Shown here: positions 1-13,324 of the stretch, piece by piece
Layout of the letters: each line of letters starts with the position of its first letter
Numbering within the stretch: the stretch's first letter is position 1
Origin: the human T2T-CHM13v2.0 reference genome, Homo sapiens
Reading direction: 5' to 3' (one strand)
Length of the DNA stretch: 64,000 bases
Assembly: GCF_009914755.1 (NCBI RefSeq)
Contig: NC_060925.1
Program-made: the position numbers and the translations under genes
Notes under the pieces: model-generated
The model's input: only the letters and a program-made list of their open reading frames with translations
What the model was told of the DNA's origin: nothing
The model's database searches: none

Positions 1-773
1 CCCCCAGCGAGGACCCCCAGTTCCCCAAGGTGCAGTGGCCACCCCGTGAACTTTGTTCTGCCTGCCACAATGAACGCCTGGATGTGCCCGTGTGGGACGT
101 GGAAGCCACCCTCAACTTCCTCAAGGCCCACTTCTCCCCAAGCAACATCATCCTGGACTTCCCTGCAGCTGGGTCAGCTGCCCGGAGGGATGTGCAGAAT
201 GTGGCAGCCGCCCCAGAGCTGGCGATGGGAGCCCTGGAGCTGGAAAGCCGGAATTCAACTCTGGACCCTGGGAAGCCTGAGATGATGAAGTCCCCCACAA
301 ACACCACCCCACATGTGCCGGCTGAGGGACCTGAGGCAAGTCGACCCCCGAAGCTGCACCCTGGCCTCAGAGCTGCACCAGGCCAGGAGCCTCCTGAGCA
401 CATGGCAGAGCTTCAGAGGAATGAGCAGGAGCAGCCGCTTGGGCAGTGGCACTTGAGCAAGCGAGACACAGGGGCTGCATTGCTGGCTGAGTCCAGGGCT
501 GAGAAGAACCGCCTCTGGGGCCCTTTGGAGGTCAGGCGCGTGGGCCGCAGCTCCAAGCAGCTGGTCGACATCCCTGAGGGCCAGCTGGAGGCCCGAGCTG
601 GACGGGGCCGAGGCCAGTGGCTGCAGGTGCTGGGAGGGGGCTTCTCTTACCTGGACATCAGCCTCTGTGTGGGGCTCTATTCCCTGTCCTTCATGGGCCT
701 GCTGGCCATGTACACCTACTTCCAGGCCAAGATAAGGGCCCTGAAGGGCCATGCTGGCCACCCTGCAGCCTGA
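1..773 (+). CDS. QSOX1: Sulfhydryl oxidase QSOX1, last coding exon (5'-partial), long transmembrane isoform
   Basis: Frame from nt 3 reads PSEDPQFPKVQWPPRELCSACH, the QSOX Erv/ALR-domain C-terminal motif. It continues to a hydrophobic helix (ISLCVGLYSLSFMGLLAMYTYF) and ends KGHAGHPAA-TGA at 771-773, matching the human QSOX1 C-terminus. The ORF-track start at 30 (GTG) is internal. Confidence 0.98.
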   Translation, partial: PSEDPQFPKVQWPPRELCSACHNERLDVPVWDVEATLNFLKAHFSPSNIILDFPAAGSAARRDVQNVAAAPELAMGALELESRNSTLDPGKPEMMKSPTNTTPHVPAEGPEASRPPKLHPGLRAAPGQEPPEHMAELQRNEQEQPLGQWHLSKRDTGAALLAESRAEKNRLWGPLEVRRVGRSSKQLVDIPEGQLEARAGRGRGQWLQVLGGGFSYLDISLCVGLYSLSFMGLLAMYTYFQAKIRALKGHAGHPAA

Positions 774-1068
774 ACCACCTGGGGAGGAGGCGGGAGAGGG
801 AGCTGCCATCTCTAGGCACCTCAAGCCCCCTGACCCCATTCCCTCCCCTCCCACCCCTTGCTCCTTGTCTGGCCTAGAAGTGTGGGAAATTCAGGAAAAC
901 GAGTTGCTCCAGTGAAGCTTCTTGGGGTTGCTAGGACAGAGAGCTCCTTTGACACAAAAGACAGGAGCAGGGTCCAGGTTCCCCTGCTGTGCAGGGAGGG
1001 CAGCCCCGGGCAGTGGGCATAGGGCAGCTCAGTCCCTGGCCTCTTAGCACCACATTCCTGTTTTTCAG
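336..1068 (+). other. QSOX1: Alternative GC-AG intron inside the last QSOX1 exon (short isoform)
   Basis: Donor GAG|GCAAGT at 335/336 and acceptor TTCCTGTTTTTCAG| at 1068, 733 nt apart. Splicing gives ...AEGPE-L-I-stop, the known end of the short isoform. Confidence 0.88.
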
Positions 1069-1077
1069 CTTATTTGA
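1069..1077 (+). CDS. QSOX1: Terminal codons (Leu-Ile-stop) of the short secreted QSOX1 isoform
   Basis: CTT ATT TGA directly follows the acceptor AG and is in frame with the Glu codon at 333-335. Confidence 0.85.
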   Translation, partial: LI

Positions 1078-1746
1078 AGTCCTGCCTCATTCTCACTGGA
1101 GCCTCAGTCTCTCCTGCTTGGTCTTGGCCCTCAACTGGGGCAAGTGAAGCCAGAGGAGGGTCCCCCAGCTGGGTGGGCTGGAATGGAACTCCTCACTAGC
1201 TGCTGGGGCTCCGCCCACCCTGCTCCCTTCCGGACAATGAAGAAGCCTTTGCACCCTGGGAGGAAGGACCACCCCGGGCCCTCTATGCCTGGCCAGCCTC
1301 CAGCTCCTCAGACCTCCTGGGTGGGGTTTGGCTTCAGGGTGGGGTTTGGAAGCTTCTGGAAGTCGTGCTGGTCTCCCAGGTGAGGCAAGCCATGGTTGCT
1401 GGGCTGTAGGGTGAGTGGCTTGCTTGGTGGGACCTGACGAGTTGGTGGCATGGGAAGGATGTGGGTCTCTAGTGCCTTGCCCTGGCTTAGCTGCAGGAGA
1501 AGATGGCTGCTTTCACTTCCCCCCATTGAGCTCTGCTCCCTCTGAGCCTGGTCTTTTGTCCTTTTTTATTTTGGTCTCCAAGATGAATGCTCATCTTTGG
1601 AGGGTGCCAGGTAGAAGCTAGGGAGGGGAGTGTCTTCTCTCTCCAGGTTTCACCTTCCAGTGTGCAGAAGTTAGAAGGGTCTGGCGGGGGCAGTGCCTTA
1701 CACATGCTTGATTCCCACGCTACCCCCTGCCTTGGGAGGTGTGTGG

Positions 1747-1752
1747 AATAAA
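1747..1752 (+). terminator. QSOX1 proximal polyadenylation signal
   Basis: AATAAA followed about 20-35 nt downstream by GU/U-rich TTGGTGTGTTCTTT. Confidence 0.8.
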
Positions 1753-3864
1753 TTATTTTTGTTAAGGCAAGCATTGGTGTGTTCTTTAACTTGCTACTTG
1801 GAGACCTAGTGTCCAGTCTGGACAGAATGCACAGAGACCAGCCTCACCTGGAATGCAGCCAGACTCGATGTCCCTCAGCACACACAGCTCCTGGCCACAG
1901 ACTGCCCATAGAACTGTCTGCACCCAAACCCCATGGCCTTTTCATGCACGGAGACAGGCCTCTGGATGTGCAGCCTTGCCACCCCCTGCCCCAATCCTCC
2001 CTGAGAGCTCCTGCCTCAGTGCCCTGGGCTGGTGAGGGAGAAGCCTGTCTGCACCTGCCTAATTCCAGCTCCTCCAGGAAGCAAGGGCTTGTTTGTCAGA
2101 GCTGCAGGGTTGGCCACTCGGTGGGGAGGAGTCAGCCAGGATTAGAGAGCCTGCCCCTAATCCGGCCTGCTGGGTTTTACAAGGATCAGAGCTGCTGATA
2201 ATGAACCTCATTAAGGGGGAGCAGGAGCCTCAATCCGATTTGGTTTTCTCTTTGACATCTTCACTCTGCTCAGATGGCCTGGGTGCTATGTGGAGCAGGT
2301 GGGATGCCAAGGCCACTCCTGCTATGGGGCAGCTGGGGCTGGGGAGGGATGGCAGTCTCCCTGCATGTTTCCCTCGACCTCTTTAGCTGCAGCGCCTTGC
2401 TGGGCTCCTGGGTTGGACTCCCTCTCTGTGCCCCTGCTCCAGGCACCCATTGGCTCCATCCTCCTGGTTGTGCTCTGCACCCCCTGCTCCCTTGGGCTGG
2501 CCCTGGCTGGGGGCCTGAGAGACAGACAGGAACCCACAATCAGGAGGCAACCCTGGCCTGCAAGAGGAAGACAGAGGCTCCCAGGGCCGGTGCCCTGTGT
2601 GCCCACTGCACCAAGGCCGCTGAATAAGCCTGCCCTTCACCCCCTAAGGGCTCCTTGCCCAATGCCAAGTGCTGGGGATTTCTGTCAGCAAGCCCTGTGG
2701 CTCCAGTGACGGTATTTCTAAAGCCAAACTTAGTTACCTAGAATTAGCGCCATGTTGGAAACACTGTCGCAGCAGCCCGGGCTGCACAGTGTGTAGCCCA
2801 GCCTCCAGGTCCACGGAGTGGTGTGGACCTCCCACCTCACAGCTGCCTCTGGCAGCCAAGCCTCTTTTCGCCCGGCCCCAGCCCCTCTGGTTGATAAACG
2901 GGTGGGCCTCCTCAGCAGCGTGGCTGCCTTTCACCTTGATTTCCCCAGGGCTCTCGGCAACATCGATAAACCAGCCTCGCCCACCAGCTGGGCCCTCCCC
3001 CACCCAGTCTGCCAGGCTGGGAGCTGGAGCTTGCTGAGTCTTGAATGCCCTTCTAGATGGCTTCTCTAGAGGCTCTCCTGGCAAGAGAGGGTCCCAAGGG
3101 GAGCCCTGCAAAGCAAAGGCTCCTTGTCTGGGGCGGGATAGAGAATCTCGCCTCTGTCTGGTGTGTTACCTACTGGGGGCACAGGAACAATTTCCTCAAG
3201 GAGACAGTGGCATGGAGCTTTGAAAGACGAGTAGGTGTTAGCAAGGAAATAAGGAGGAACGGGGGTTACGGGCAGAGGAGAAAGCACATGCCAAGTCAGC
3301 AAAGAAAAGTAGAATTCGAAAACTTTTTAAAAATATTACTAAGGATTTTCACAATGCTGCACTGGGCTAGAAACTGAAGCTAAAACAGATACGTGGTCCC
3401 TGCTGCTATGGGGCTTCCGTTCTAGAGGCAAGGACAGGTTGTGATGAGGGTTCTGAAGGATAGAGACCAAGCAGGGAGGGTGTTGAGGAGGCTTCTGCGA
3501 GACCTGAAGGATGGGAAGCCAGGAAGTGGGAGGGGTGGGGGTCCAGGCTGGAGGGGCCCAATGTAGGTGTAGAGGGACTACAGCCCTGAGGGGCTGCTCC
3601 ATGCGGCATTCTTGGAGGTCCAAGAGGGGCAGCGCCACCTTGGGCCAGGCTCCTCTCCAGCAGCCTTGGTATGGGGTGGGGGTGGGAAGACCCCTGATGC
3701 AGCCTGTCCTCTGGGTGTGGGGGTGGAGGAGAGGGCTCCAGGGGACCCAGCCAGCCTTGACCCTGGAGGAAAGTCAGGTGGGCTCAGAGAGAGCCCTCAA
3801 ATCTGGGCCCTGGGTCAGGGTGGGGTCAAGTCCAGCCTTGAAGAGAATGGACTCTGGAATCTGA

Positions 3865-4025
3865 CGTCTGGGTTTGAATCCAGCTTCCAACACTCACTGG
3901 CTGTGTGACTTTGGGCAAGATAACTTATCCTCTTGTCCCCATGTGTCATTGGAGATAAACTACCCACCTACCAGATTGTTGTACCATGCTGGGCAAACAC
4001 TAAGTGCTTAATAATGGTAGCCCAC
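3865..4025. mobile_element. MIR SINE fragment
   Basis: CTGGGTTTGAATCC...GCTGTGTGACTTTGGGCAAG, the MIR core. Confidence 0.7.
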
Positions 4026-4324
4026 TGCTCATGTCGTGTCGTCTCCTGTCTTGATACCTGAAAACTCAAGGGGCCCTGTTGTGCTTGGAGGGGGGTGCCG
4101 TTCCCACAGGATATTCTGTGAAGGGTGTCCCTGGAGCTGGGCCTCCAGGTGGCAAGCCCCAAGCCACCCCGGCAGGTGCCACTGGCCAGAGTTGAACTGA
4201 GGTGTTGAGTGGAAAGTGCCTCCCCACCCCCATCTGCCACAGTAGTATGGATTTCCTTCATGAGATGGGGCTCCTAAAATGCCTGAAATGTGTATGCTGT
4301 TGGAGAATTGATGTGTATGATTTA

Positions 4325-4510
4325 TTGAACTTTGCACTCATTTAAATCTCATTTAATCCTCCAACAACGCAAGATGAAGAAGCTGAGGCTTAAAGAGATT
4401 AAGAAACATCCTATCCCCTTTACTCCCACCAAAATAAATACATTTGCCCTATTCTCCCAAATGGTGAGAGGTAGATCCAGGACTTGACCCCAGATCCCAC
4501 CCACTCAACC
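4325..4510. mobile_element. MIR fragment, opposite orientation
   Basis: TCTCATTTAATCCTC...AGATGAAGAAGCTGAGGCTTAAAGAGATTAAG. Confidence 0.6.
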
Positions 4511-6411
4511 CTGGAGCTGCAGTCTCTACCCCTTCTAACACATGTGATTCTGTTTCATGTCCTGTTCCATCGGTAGAGTTACACACTTTCCTGAGACTTT
4601 ATATGGTGGTGCTGCTGGGTGCCAGCCCTTCTTCCCTCCAACAGTGGCAGTAACCACTGTTGTGTGTTGGTGTCAAGGAGTGGGGACACCCTGAAGGAAT
4701 CCGCCTTTTCTAGAGCTCTCGCTCCATTCCCTACATCGAGGCTGAAGTGCCCTGTCTCGGGTCCTTGTTTTTAGGCCTCGTTTGAAGGAGGGGAAGAAAC
4801 CAGGTTCGTTGGGCGTGACCTTGGCTCAGCTCGTCTGTGAAATTGGGGCCGCAGACTTAGTTTGCGGGTCCCTGCTAAATTCCTCTCCCTCTTCCTGGGA
4901 TTCCCATCCATGTATTGCCAGCTACATGTAGAGTGGAGAGGAGAGGTTTTTCCTGCAGGGCTTTCCAGAGAAAGGATTCTTGGCCAGAGGAAATCACAGC
5001 CTATAAGATCAATATCCTGATAGAATCCCGGGCCAGGTGTGAGAGGGGAGAGCTCACTCACACCAGCCTGACAGTCTTGGGGCAGAGCGCCCCATAGGCC
5101 TCTGCAGCCCCATCACTGCCTCATTCTCCCTCAGGTGCCAAGGAAGCTCCAGGGTGGGCCCAGTATCCTTCCACAGCATCCCTCCTCTTCCCCTTCAACA
5201 CCCCTTTCACCCCTCCCTCCACCACCTCTGAAAGGTGCTCCTTGGGCAGGGCGATAGGATTCCCACCCCTAGCTTTAAGAACTAAACCAAACTTCAAGAG
5301 GAGCAATTTAATCTTCATACCTGACTCCTTGTCCCTCCTCAGGCATGCTGTTGTGCAGGACAGAGCCCTGGCTTCTCCTGGATGTCACACCTGGCCTGTC
5401 TCTGACCCTTGCTTTCCCTTTCTCTGCTGCCCTCAAGGGTCATTCACACCCAAGAGGGTAAGAAGCTGCCCTCTCATCCCTTCCTCTCCCACCCTGGGCC
5501 TCTGCCCTCTGCCTGGCCCCAGCAGCACAGTCTTCTCCATAGAGAGGGGCTGGGCCATGGGACCCCAGTTCCTGGGGTCTCGGTGACACAGTTCACTGTT
5601 TGCTGCAGAGGAGGCCCCACTCGCAGCCTTGGCCTCTGCCCTGCAGAAGAATTCCCTGTAACTCACTCACCAGTGGCCGTGGGAGCCAGTGGCCTCGGCG
5701 AGGGTCAGTTGGACTGCATAGCTGCCGGCTGAGTCTCTCTGGCCACCCTCACTGGCCCCATCACTCCAGGTTGCACTGCTGCCCAGGGGGTTTGTGCCAG
5801 GCCTGGGTCACAGTGGAAGAGAGTCTGGAAATCACAAGGCAGAGGAGGAGACCTCTGCCAATGTGAGAGAACAAAGTTAAGGGGCAGTCCATGGGGGCAT
5901 TGACCTTACTTAGGTGAGGAGGACTCAGGGAACATCTACAGACTCTAGGGCTAGGGTGAGATCCTCCTGATAGTGCTGGTAGCTCCAGCTGCTGCTTTGG
6001 CAAGACTTGGTCGTCTCTATACTGAGAGAGCAAAAGCTCTTTTCCTGGGGCTGCATGTTCTTCCATAGGAAAGTGGGCTTCAGGTGCTGCCTATTAAACC
6101 TCCTGCCTCCCCTGCTGCAGTGCTTTGATGCCTTTCACCTGTGTCTACCTGCGAACCTCTGCCCACCACGGAAGAGCAGCTCACATTTGGAAGGGGCTAA
6201 AATTTTTACCTAGTTTGAATCTGCTCTGCAATGTCCCCATCAAGTTCTTAACCATCCCGGGTTCCAGTGGTTACAGAGTTCTGCCCTGGGGAGGGAGGAA
6301 TTGCTTAGCAAATGATGTTGAGAATAGTGATTATTTGGGGGAAAATTCAGGTAAGATCTCACCTTCATACCATATACCAAAATACATCTCAGTAGATTAG
6401 TAAGCTAATGC

Positions 6412-6430
6412 AAAAAAAAAAAAAAAAAAA
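6412..6430 (+). repeat. Poly(A) tract within old L1-like AT-rich sequence
   Basis: Run of about 19 A. Confidence 0.9.
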
Positions 6431-6535
6431 GGGGAAATATAATTGAATACTTCACTGTTTTTGAAAGCATGAAAACAATGGAAAATGCAACTGATGTGAG
6501 TAATCCATCTACTTGACGTCACTTTTAAGAAATAA

Positions 6536-6856
<321 letters not shown>

Positions 6857-7108
6857 TTAAAAGCTGGGGAAATATATGCTGTAAATATGACAAAGGGCTG
6901 TGACTCTTCTGCAACACACCATTTTAAGAATGAGCTAGGTCTGCATTTATTGACCTGATAAAATGTCCCAAGAAGGACACATTTTTATAAACATAAGTTA
7001 CTATTGTTATATATATGCTAACGTTTGTCTAGAAAAAGTCTAGAAAAATACACACTGAACTGTGAATAGCAGTTATATTTAGAAAGCAACATTAGGATGG
7101 ACTTAAGT

Positions 7109-7242
7109 CAGGGCTCGGACTAGAGCAAGGCAAGTGAGGTGCCAGGATGCAAAAGTTAAGGAGACACCTGACCTCAGGGGCCCACAACTGCAGAGCCCCT
7201 GACAGTGAGTGTCTCAGTAGCCTCGCCCTAGTCCTGGCTTTC
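7109..7242. mobile_element. MER96-like hAT MITE
   Basis: Termini CAGGGCTCGGACTAG / CTAGTCCTGGCTTTC are degenerate inverted repeats. 8-bp TSD ACTTAAGT (7101-7108) / ACTTAAAT (7243-7250). Confidence 0.7.
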
Positions 7243-7350
7243 ACTTAAATATGTTTTCGAATGTTTGTAATAAAATATTTCTTTTGGAAGGCAAAAATAG
7301 CAAGGAAAATAAATAGGATTAAAGGATACTAAAGCCCATTCAATAAAATT

Positions 7351-7706
7351 TGTAGGAGGCCACTGATTTGGCCTAGGCTCCTATGATGTAACCAACAGAC
7401 CAAACCAATATGGAGTCATTCATGCTAAATGAAACTAGTTAGGAGTATATTCATATAACAAGTGGCTAAGTGTCAGTTACAGCCTCTGAGCTTTAGTCAA
7501 TTGTAGGTGGTCAATAGATTCAGATAAGGCAATCCAGTTAAACTGTATATCCCACTTGCTGTTTTCTGTCCCTAAATTCTCTCTGAGTACACTGCAGCCC
7601 TGAAGTTCTTTGAACCTGTTCTGGGTTCTGAGGGCTGTCCAATTACTGAATCATACATAAAAGCCAAGTAAGATTTTAAAATTTGTTATAATTTTGGTTT
7701 TTAACA
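7351..7706 (+). mobile_element. ERV1-class solo LTR (subfamily uncertain)
   Basis: TG...CA ends, internal CAGACCAAACCAATATGGAGTCATTCATGCTAA typical of ERV1 LTRs, near-match 4-bp flanks AATT/ACTT. Confidence 0.6.
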
Positions 7707-7810
7707 ACTTCTGTTGTAAATAATAAAAGCACTAAATCCCTACTGAAAATAAAGGGCCTAAAGACTGAATGAGAGATGCAATTTTTTTTGGCTAACCTAT
7801 TGGCAAAGAA

Positions 7811-7836
7811 ATGATGATGATGATGATGATGATGAT
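7811..7836 (+). repeat. (ATG)8-9 microsatellite
   Basis: Read directly from the sequence. Confidence 0.95.
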
Positions 7837-7867
7837 ACCTAGTGTTGCTGGAGTGAGGGGAAATGAG

Positions 7868-8378
7868 ATGTATCAGTTATCCATTGCTATGTGACAGCCA
7901 CTCCCAGACTTAATGGTTTGAAACAACAGTCACTCATTTTGCTCATGAATTGGTAACATGATCAGAGCTCAGCAGAAAACAGCTCCTGGCTGCTCCGTGC
8001 AGGGTATCTAGGCACAGTTCATTTGGCAAGTTGGTGTTGGCTGCTGCCTGGAAGCTTAGCTGGGGCTGTGGGAGGGGCCTCCAGTCCTCTCCCCATGGGC
8101 CTCTCCATGGGCTGCTCAGACTTCCTCACGGCATGGTGGCTGGGCTCTTCAGGGTGGCCTTTTCATGTGCTAGCCTCAGAAGCCACCTAGCATGACTTTT
8201 GCGATTTTCTGTTGGTTGAGGTTGATGTAACGGCTCGCCCAGGATGCAGATAGAAAGGCCTGAACAGGTTCAAGGGGAGGAACCTTGGGCTTCACCTTTG
8301 ACGGGTGTGACAGAGTTCTGGAACACTGTGAGATGGAAGATACTGTTGCAGCCATCTTAAGAAACTACAATCTGCCCC
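7868..8378 (-). mobile_element. MLT1-family MaLR LTR
   Basis: TGTATCAGTTATCCATTGCT...TTAATGGTTTGAAACAAC start and GCAGCCATCTT...TACAATCTGCC end. Confidence 0.7.
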
Positions 8379-8692
8379 CGCCCCAGTCCTCTCATATACT
8401 GCTAGTGGTAGTATAAACTGATACAAGTTTTGGGAAATAGATAATTCATAATGTAATGTAATTGGTAATATACTTTTAAAAGCCTTAAGAAAATATATAA
8501 CCTTTAATCCAGCAATTCTATTTCTGGAATTTATCCTAAGGAAGTAATTGAGAATATTTAGTAAATATTTGCTACATGATAAATATTTATAGTATCAAAG
8601 TAAGATTAAACTAAAGTCCAAAATGGGATATTGAGTAAATTCTGGTACACAATTACAATGGAATACAATATAACATCTAAAAATGATTTGAG

Positions 8693-8845
8693 GGCTGGGT
8701 GTGTTGGCTCATGCCTGTAATCTCAGCACTTTGGGAGGCCAAGGTGAGAAGACTGCTTGAGCCCAGAAGCTCAAGGCTGCAATGACCGATGATCACTCCA
8801 CTTCACAGAGCGAGACTCTGTCTCTAAACAATAACAAATAAATAC
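8693..8845 (+). mobile_element. Alu monomer (FAM/FRAM-like)
   Basis: Single-arm Alu sequence. Flanks AAATGATTTGA / AAATTATTTGA resemble a TSD. Confidence 0.8.
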
Positions 8846-8950
8846 AAATTATTTGAATGTATATATTTTTATCCTGAAATTATTTTCACACCACACTGTT
8901 AATGGAAAATATTGTTACAAAAACAGTTCTGTATAGTATGATCTTATTTT

Positions 8951-9258
8951 ATTTATTTATTTTTTATTTATTTATTTTGAGACGGAGTCTCGCACTGTCG
9001 CACAGGCTGTAGCGCAGTGGCGTGATCTCGGCTCACTGCAAGCTCCGCCTCCCAGGTTCTCGCCATTCTCCTACCTCAGCCTCCTGAGTAGCTGGGACTA
9101 CAGGCGCCCGCCACCACGCCCGGCTAATTTTTGTATTTTTAGTAGAGACAGGGTTTTACCGTGTTAGCCAGGATGGTCTCAATCTCCTGATCTCGTGATC
9201 TGCCCGCCTCAGCCTCCCAAAGTGCTGAGATTACAGGCCTGAGCCACTGCACCCGGCC
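8951..9258 (-). mobile_element. AluY-like
   Basis: GCAAGCTCCGCC and GTTAGCCAGGATGG diagnostic positions. TSD ATCTTATTTT at 8941 and 9260. Confidence 0.95.
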
Positions 9259-9979
9259 AATCTTATTTTTTAAAAAAGAAAATACATATATTTATGGATA
9301 TTGAATGCATGGATGAAAACTAGGATAAAGACACCAAAACATTAATAGTGGTTAATGGTCCCTGGTGGGATTATGGCTGTTTGTTTTTCTTTTTATTTAT
9401 CTGTATTTTCTCACCTTTATTAAATATTTATTAGTATATAATTAAACACTTTTAATGAGCCAAGAATATGAACCGTCAGCTTACAAAAGAAGATATACAA
9501 AGAGCAATACTTACGTGAAACAGTATTCTACTTGTTGAACAATAATCAAAGAGGTGAAAGATTAGTGCGATATCATTTTTATATAGTATGCAGCAGTACA
9601 GTTTGGTACTGGAAAGGTGATAATGCAATTATACTGTATAGTATATCTGAGAAATAATATGATGATATGTATCAACCTTAAAAAGTTTATGCCCATTGGT
9701 TCAGTTATTTTAGTGTTCAAAATCTATCCTAAGGAAATAATCAGAGATATTGACTAGAACTTGGAGCAATCTACAAATCCAATCAGAAGACATATCTACA
9801 TGGGCCCAATTCCCAGGGCAAGAGTCAGCTGGGCCCCCTTCCTCACCCAGGGCCATAGTCCGCATCTCTCCCTTTTGCTTCCCAATACGAAGGCCAAGGG
9901 GCAATTACCATTTATCATCACATTTGTGCTGTTGATTTGGAAGAGGGAAATATTTCCCTGCACTGTGTCTCTAACTGCA

Positions 9980-10266
9980 TTTTTTTTTTTTGGCTTGTTT
10001 CCTTTAGGCAGGTTCTTGCTCTGTTGCCCAGGCTGGAGTGCAGTGACACAAACACAGTTCACTGCAGCCTCAACCTCCCAGGTTCAAGCACTCCTCCCAC
10101 CTCAGCCTTCAGAGTAGCTGGGACCACAGGTGTGTGCCACCACACTAGGCTAATTTTTTTTATTTTTTGGAGAGATGGGGGTCTCCCTGTGTTGCCCAGG
10201 CTGTTCTTGAACTCCTGGGCTCAAGCAGTCCTCCCACCTAAGCCTCCCAGAGTGCTGGGATGGGCC
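9980..10266 (-). mobile_element. Alu (AluJ-like)
   Basis: Poly-T followed by a reverse-complement Alu body. Confidence 0.9.
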
Positions 10267-10839
10267 ATATTTTAAGAAAAATGGAAAAAAGCATTATCTA
10301 TATAGAAGTGAAGCATGTTGCTATGTATTTGGTATTTAGGAAGAGAACATCTATGCCTAAGAATGGACCTTTACTTCACTCATTTACCTCAGGGGCCTGA
10401 CCTATAGCCATTTGAGTTGTGACTCTTATTTTAGACTCAGCTGATACATCACTCCCTCTGGCAAGCCCTGGGCCTCCCAAGCCTGAGCCAGGTACCCCTC
10501 TTCAAGCTGCGGGAGCACCCTTGGCTGCCTTCATGGGAGTGCTTAGCACACTGCAGCGTGGCTACCTGGCTGTTGTCTCCTCCACCTCCTCTAAGCTTCA
10601 CCAGGGCGGGACAGTCTTCTCTCTCACTGCAGCCCCTGAGCTTAACATGGGCCCTCGCACATAATAGAGGTTCAATAAATATCTCTTCAGTGAACAGAAT
10701 TCTACATTCTAGGATGCAGATCTCTCAAAACTCATCATTCATCTTTATACCCCTTCAGTGCTATGCACGGAGCTCTGAGCATCAGAGATGATTATTAAGG
10801 TTAAATGAGTGAATAACAAATTATTAGGAAGCAGCTACC

Positions 10840-10960
10840 ATCGTGGAAAAAGAATGATTTCAGGGTCAAGGAAACTGAGGTTCAAATCCTGATACTTGTC
10901 ATGGAACTTTGGGCACTGGCTTTTCTGAAGCTGAGTTTCCTTCATCTGTAAAGAAGATAA
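10840..10960. mobile_element. MIR fragment
   Basis: TTCAAATCCTG...AGTTTCCTTCATCTGTAAA. Confidence 0.6.
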
Positions 10961-10962
10961 TG

Positions 10963-11282
<320 letters not shown>

Positions 11283-12473
11283 TTAAAGGTATGGCTAACA
11301 GTGTCCAACACATAGAAGGAGTTCCATACATGTTCTTATCACCGGTATCATCAGCCTTCTTTACCAATCACAGTGGGCCAGGAATTGGGCTGGACTTACT
11401 CAAGCAACAAAGGACAACCAGGTAGCCAGCACCATTAGGAGCAGTATGAGCCGGCTGCAGGAGGTGCTGGGCACTGGGCATTAGATGTGACATTGTGTCC
11501 TGACCACTCCATTATGGCCGAAGAGCACCAGAAATGAGGGTGCTGCCTTGCCCCTGGGGAATTCCATAGAGGGCCTTTCTCCAGAGGCTCAGTACCACTC
11601 TTCAAAGGCAAAACCACTATGTTTTCAAAGTCCTTTATGCATCCCAAAGTCCTTTCTCATCCTTTTTTTGAAAAAAATTTAATTTCATTAATTGTTTTGA
11701 ATAGGTAATGCATGTTTAGGTATTCAAAATATTCAAAAGGGCAGAGTGTCTCTGCCCTGTCTGCCTCCCAGCCACTTAGCTCCCCTCCTTGAAACAGTTC
11801 TTTGGTGTCCTTACAGGCCTGTTCTATACAAATACAAGGAAAGACACACACTATCAACCCCACTCAGCACCTTATCTTTCTCGGGTCTCCTGTACCTTGC
11901 AGACCCTTCCATGTCAGCATAGGCAAAGGGCGGAGTGGCACTGTCTGGCTCTCCAATCTCCAGCTCCTCCTGGTCTCACTGCTGAACTCCATTTCTATCT
12001 TAGGCTGCCACTTGCTAGTTTCCATGGCACATCTCTGGCTACTCAACTCTCCAGGTGTCTAAAGTCAAGCTCCTTGTCTTCCTCTCAAAACCTGTTTCCT
12101 CTCTTGGCCCCCCACAGTTTCCTTCCCTCTCCCCAGGACTAGCAGGCGCCTCTTCCCATCTTCCTGATGGGTTCCGTTTGCTCTGAGGCCTCTCCTGCCT
12201 CTCTTCCTCTTTTTGCTGACTCTCCACCGTGCCTCCTGGAATCTACCCTGTCTTGCTTCTGCTTCACTGCCTGTAGAGCCTCTTTCCTGTCATCTGGCCC
12301 CTGCTCACAATCTTTTAGAATCTCCCTTTCACCTATGGGGTAAAGGCCAAACCGCTTAGTGTAGCACCATGCCTTCCACCAGCTGGCCCCTACACACTCT
12401 TCTCCCTGTTCTTCCACTACAAACCATGGCCCTGTGGCTGATGACCTGTGCCACCTTGGGAAGTTCAACTTTC

Positions 12474-12767
<294 letters not shown>

Positions 12768-12905
12768 CAACTTTTCTAAATCTCAGTTTTTTCATTAGTA
12801 AAGTAGAGCCAGTAACATCCAGGCACTGGGGGGCTGGAGGGGGGAATAGAGGTAAATAAAATAGAGGTCTCTGATTACATTTCTGTGGCAAGATGATAGG
12901 AGGAG

Positions 12906-13262
12906 TGATATGGTTTGGTTCTGTGTCCCCACCCAAATCTCACCTTGAATTGTAATAATCTGCACATATGAAGGGCAGGACCAGGTGGAGATAATTGAAT
13001 CATGGAGGCGGTTTCCCCCATGCTGTTCTCATCACAGTGAGTGAGTTCTCACGAGATCTGATGGTTTTATAAGGGGCTTCCCCCTTTGCTCGGCACTCGT
13101 TCTGTCTGTTGTCACCCCGTGAAGAGGTGCCTTCTGCCATGATTGTAAGTTTCCTGAGGCCTCTCCAGCCATGTGAAATGGTGAGTCATTTAAACCTCTT
13201 TCCCTTATTAATTATCCAGTCTCGGATATTTCTTCATAGCAGCATGAGAATGGACTAATACA
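12906..13262 (+). mobile_element. THE1-family MaLR solo LTR
   Basis: TGATATGGTTTGG...CCCACCCAAATCTC start and AATGGACTAATACA end, 357 bp. Perfect 5-bp TSD AGGAG (12901-12905 / 13263-13267). Confidence 0.93.
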
Positions 13263-13324
13263 AGGAGACAGATTATAATCAGGTGAAGAAATGAACAGCG
13301 ATCTCTCATAGTGATAAGACATTC

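Larger units (their letters stand above)
8390..9780 (+). mobile_element. Old L1M 3' fragments interrupted by Alus
   Basis: CCAGCAATTCTATTTCTGGAATTTATCCTAAGGAA and TACAATGGAATAC motifs, AT-rich. Confidence 0.65.

Noticed and set aside
255-854. 199-aa minus-strand ORF
   Set aside because: Antisense shadow of the GC-rich QSOX1 exon with no recognisable domain.
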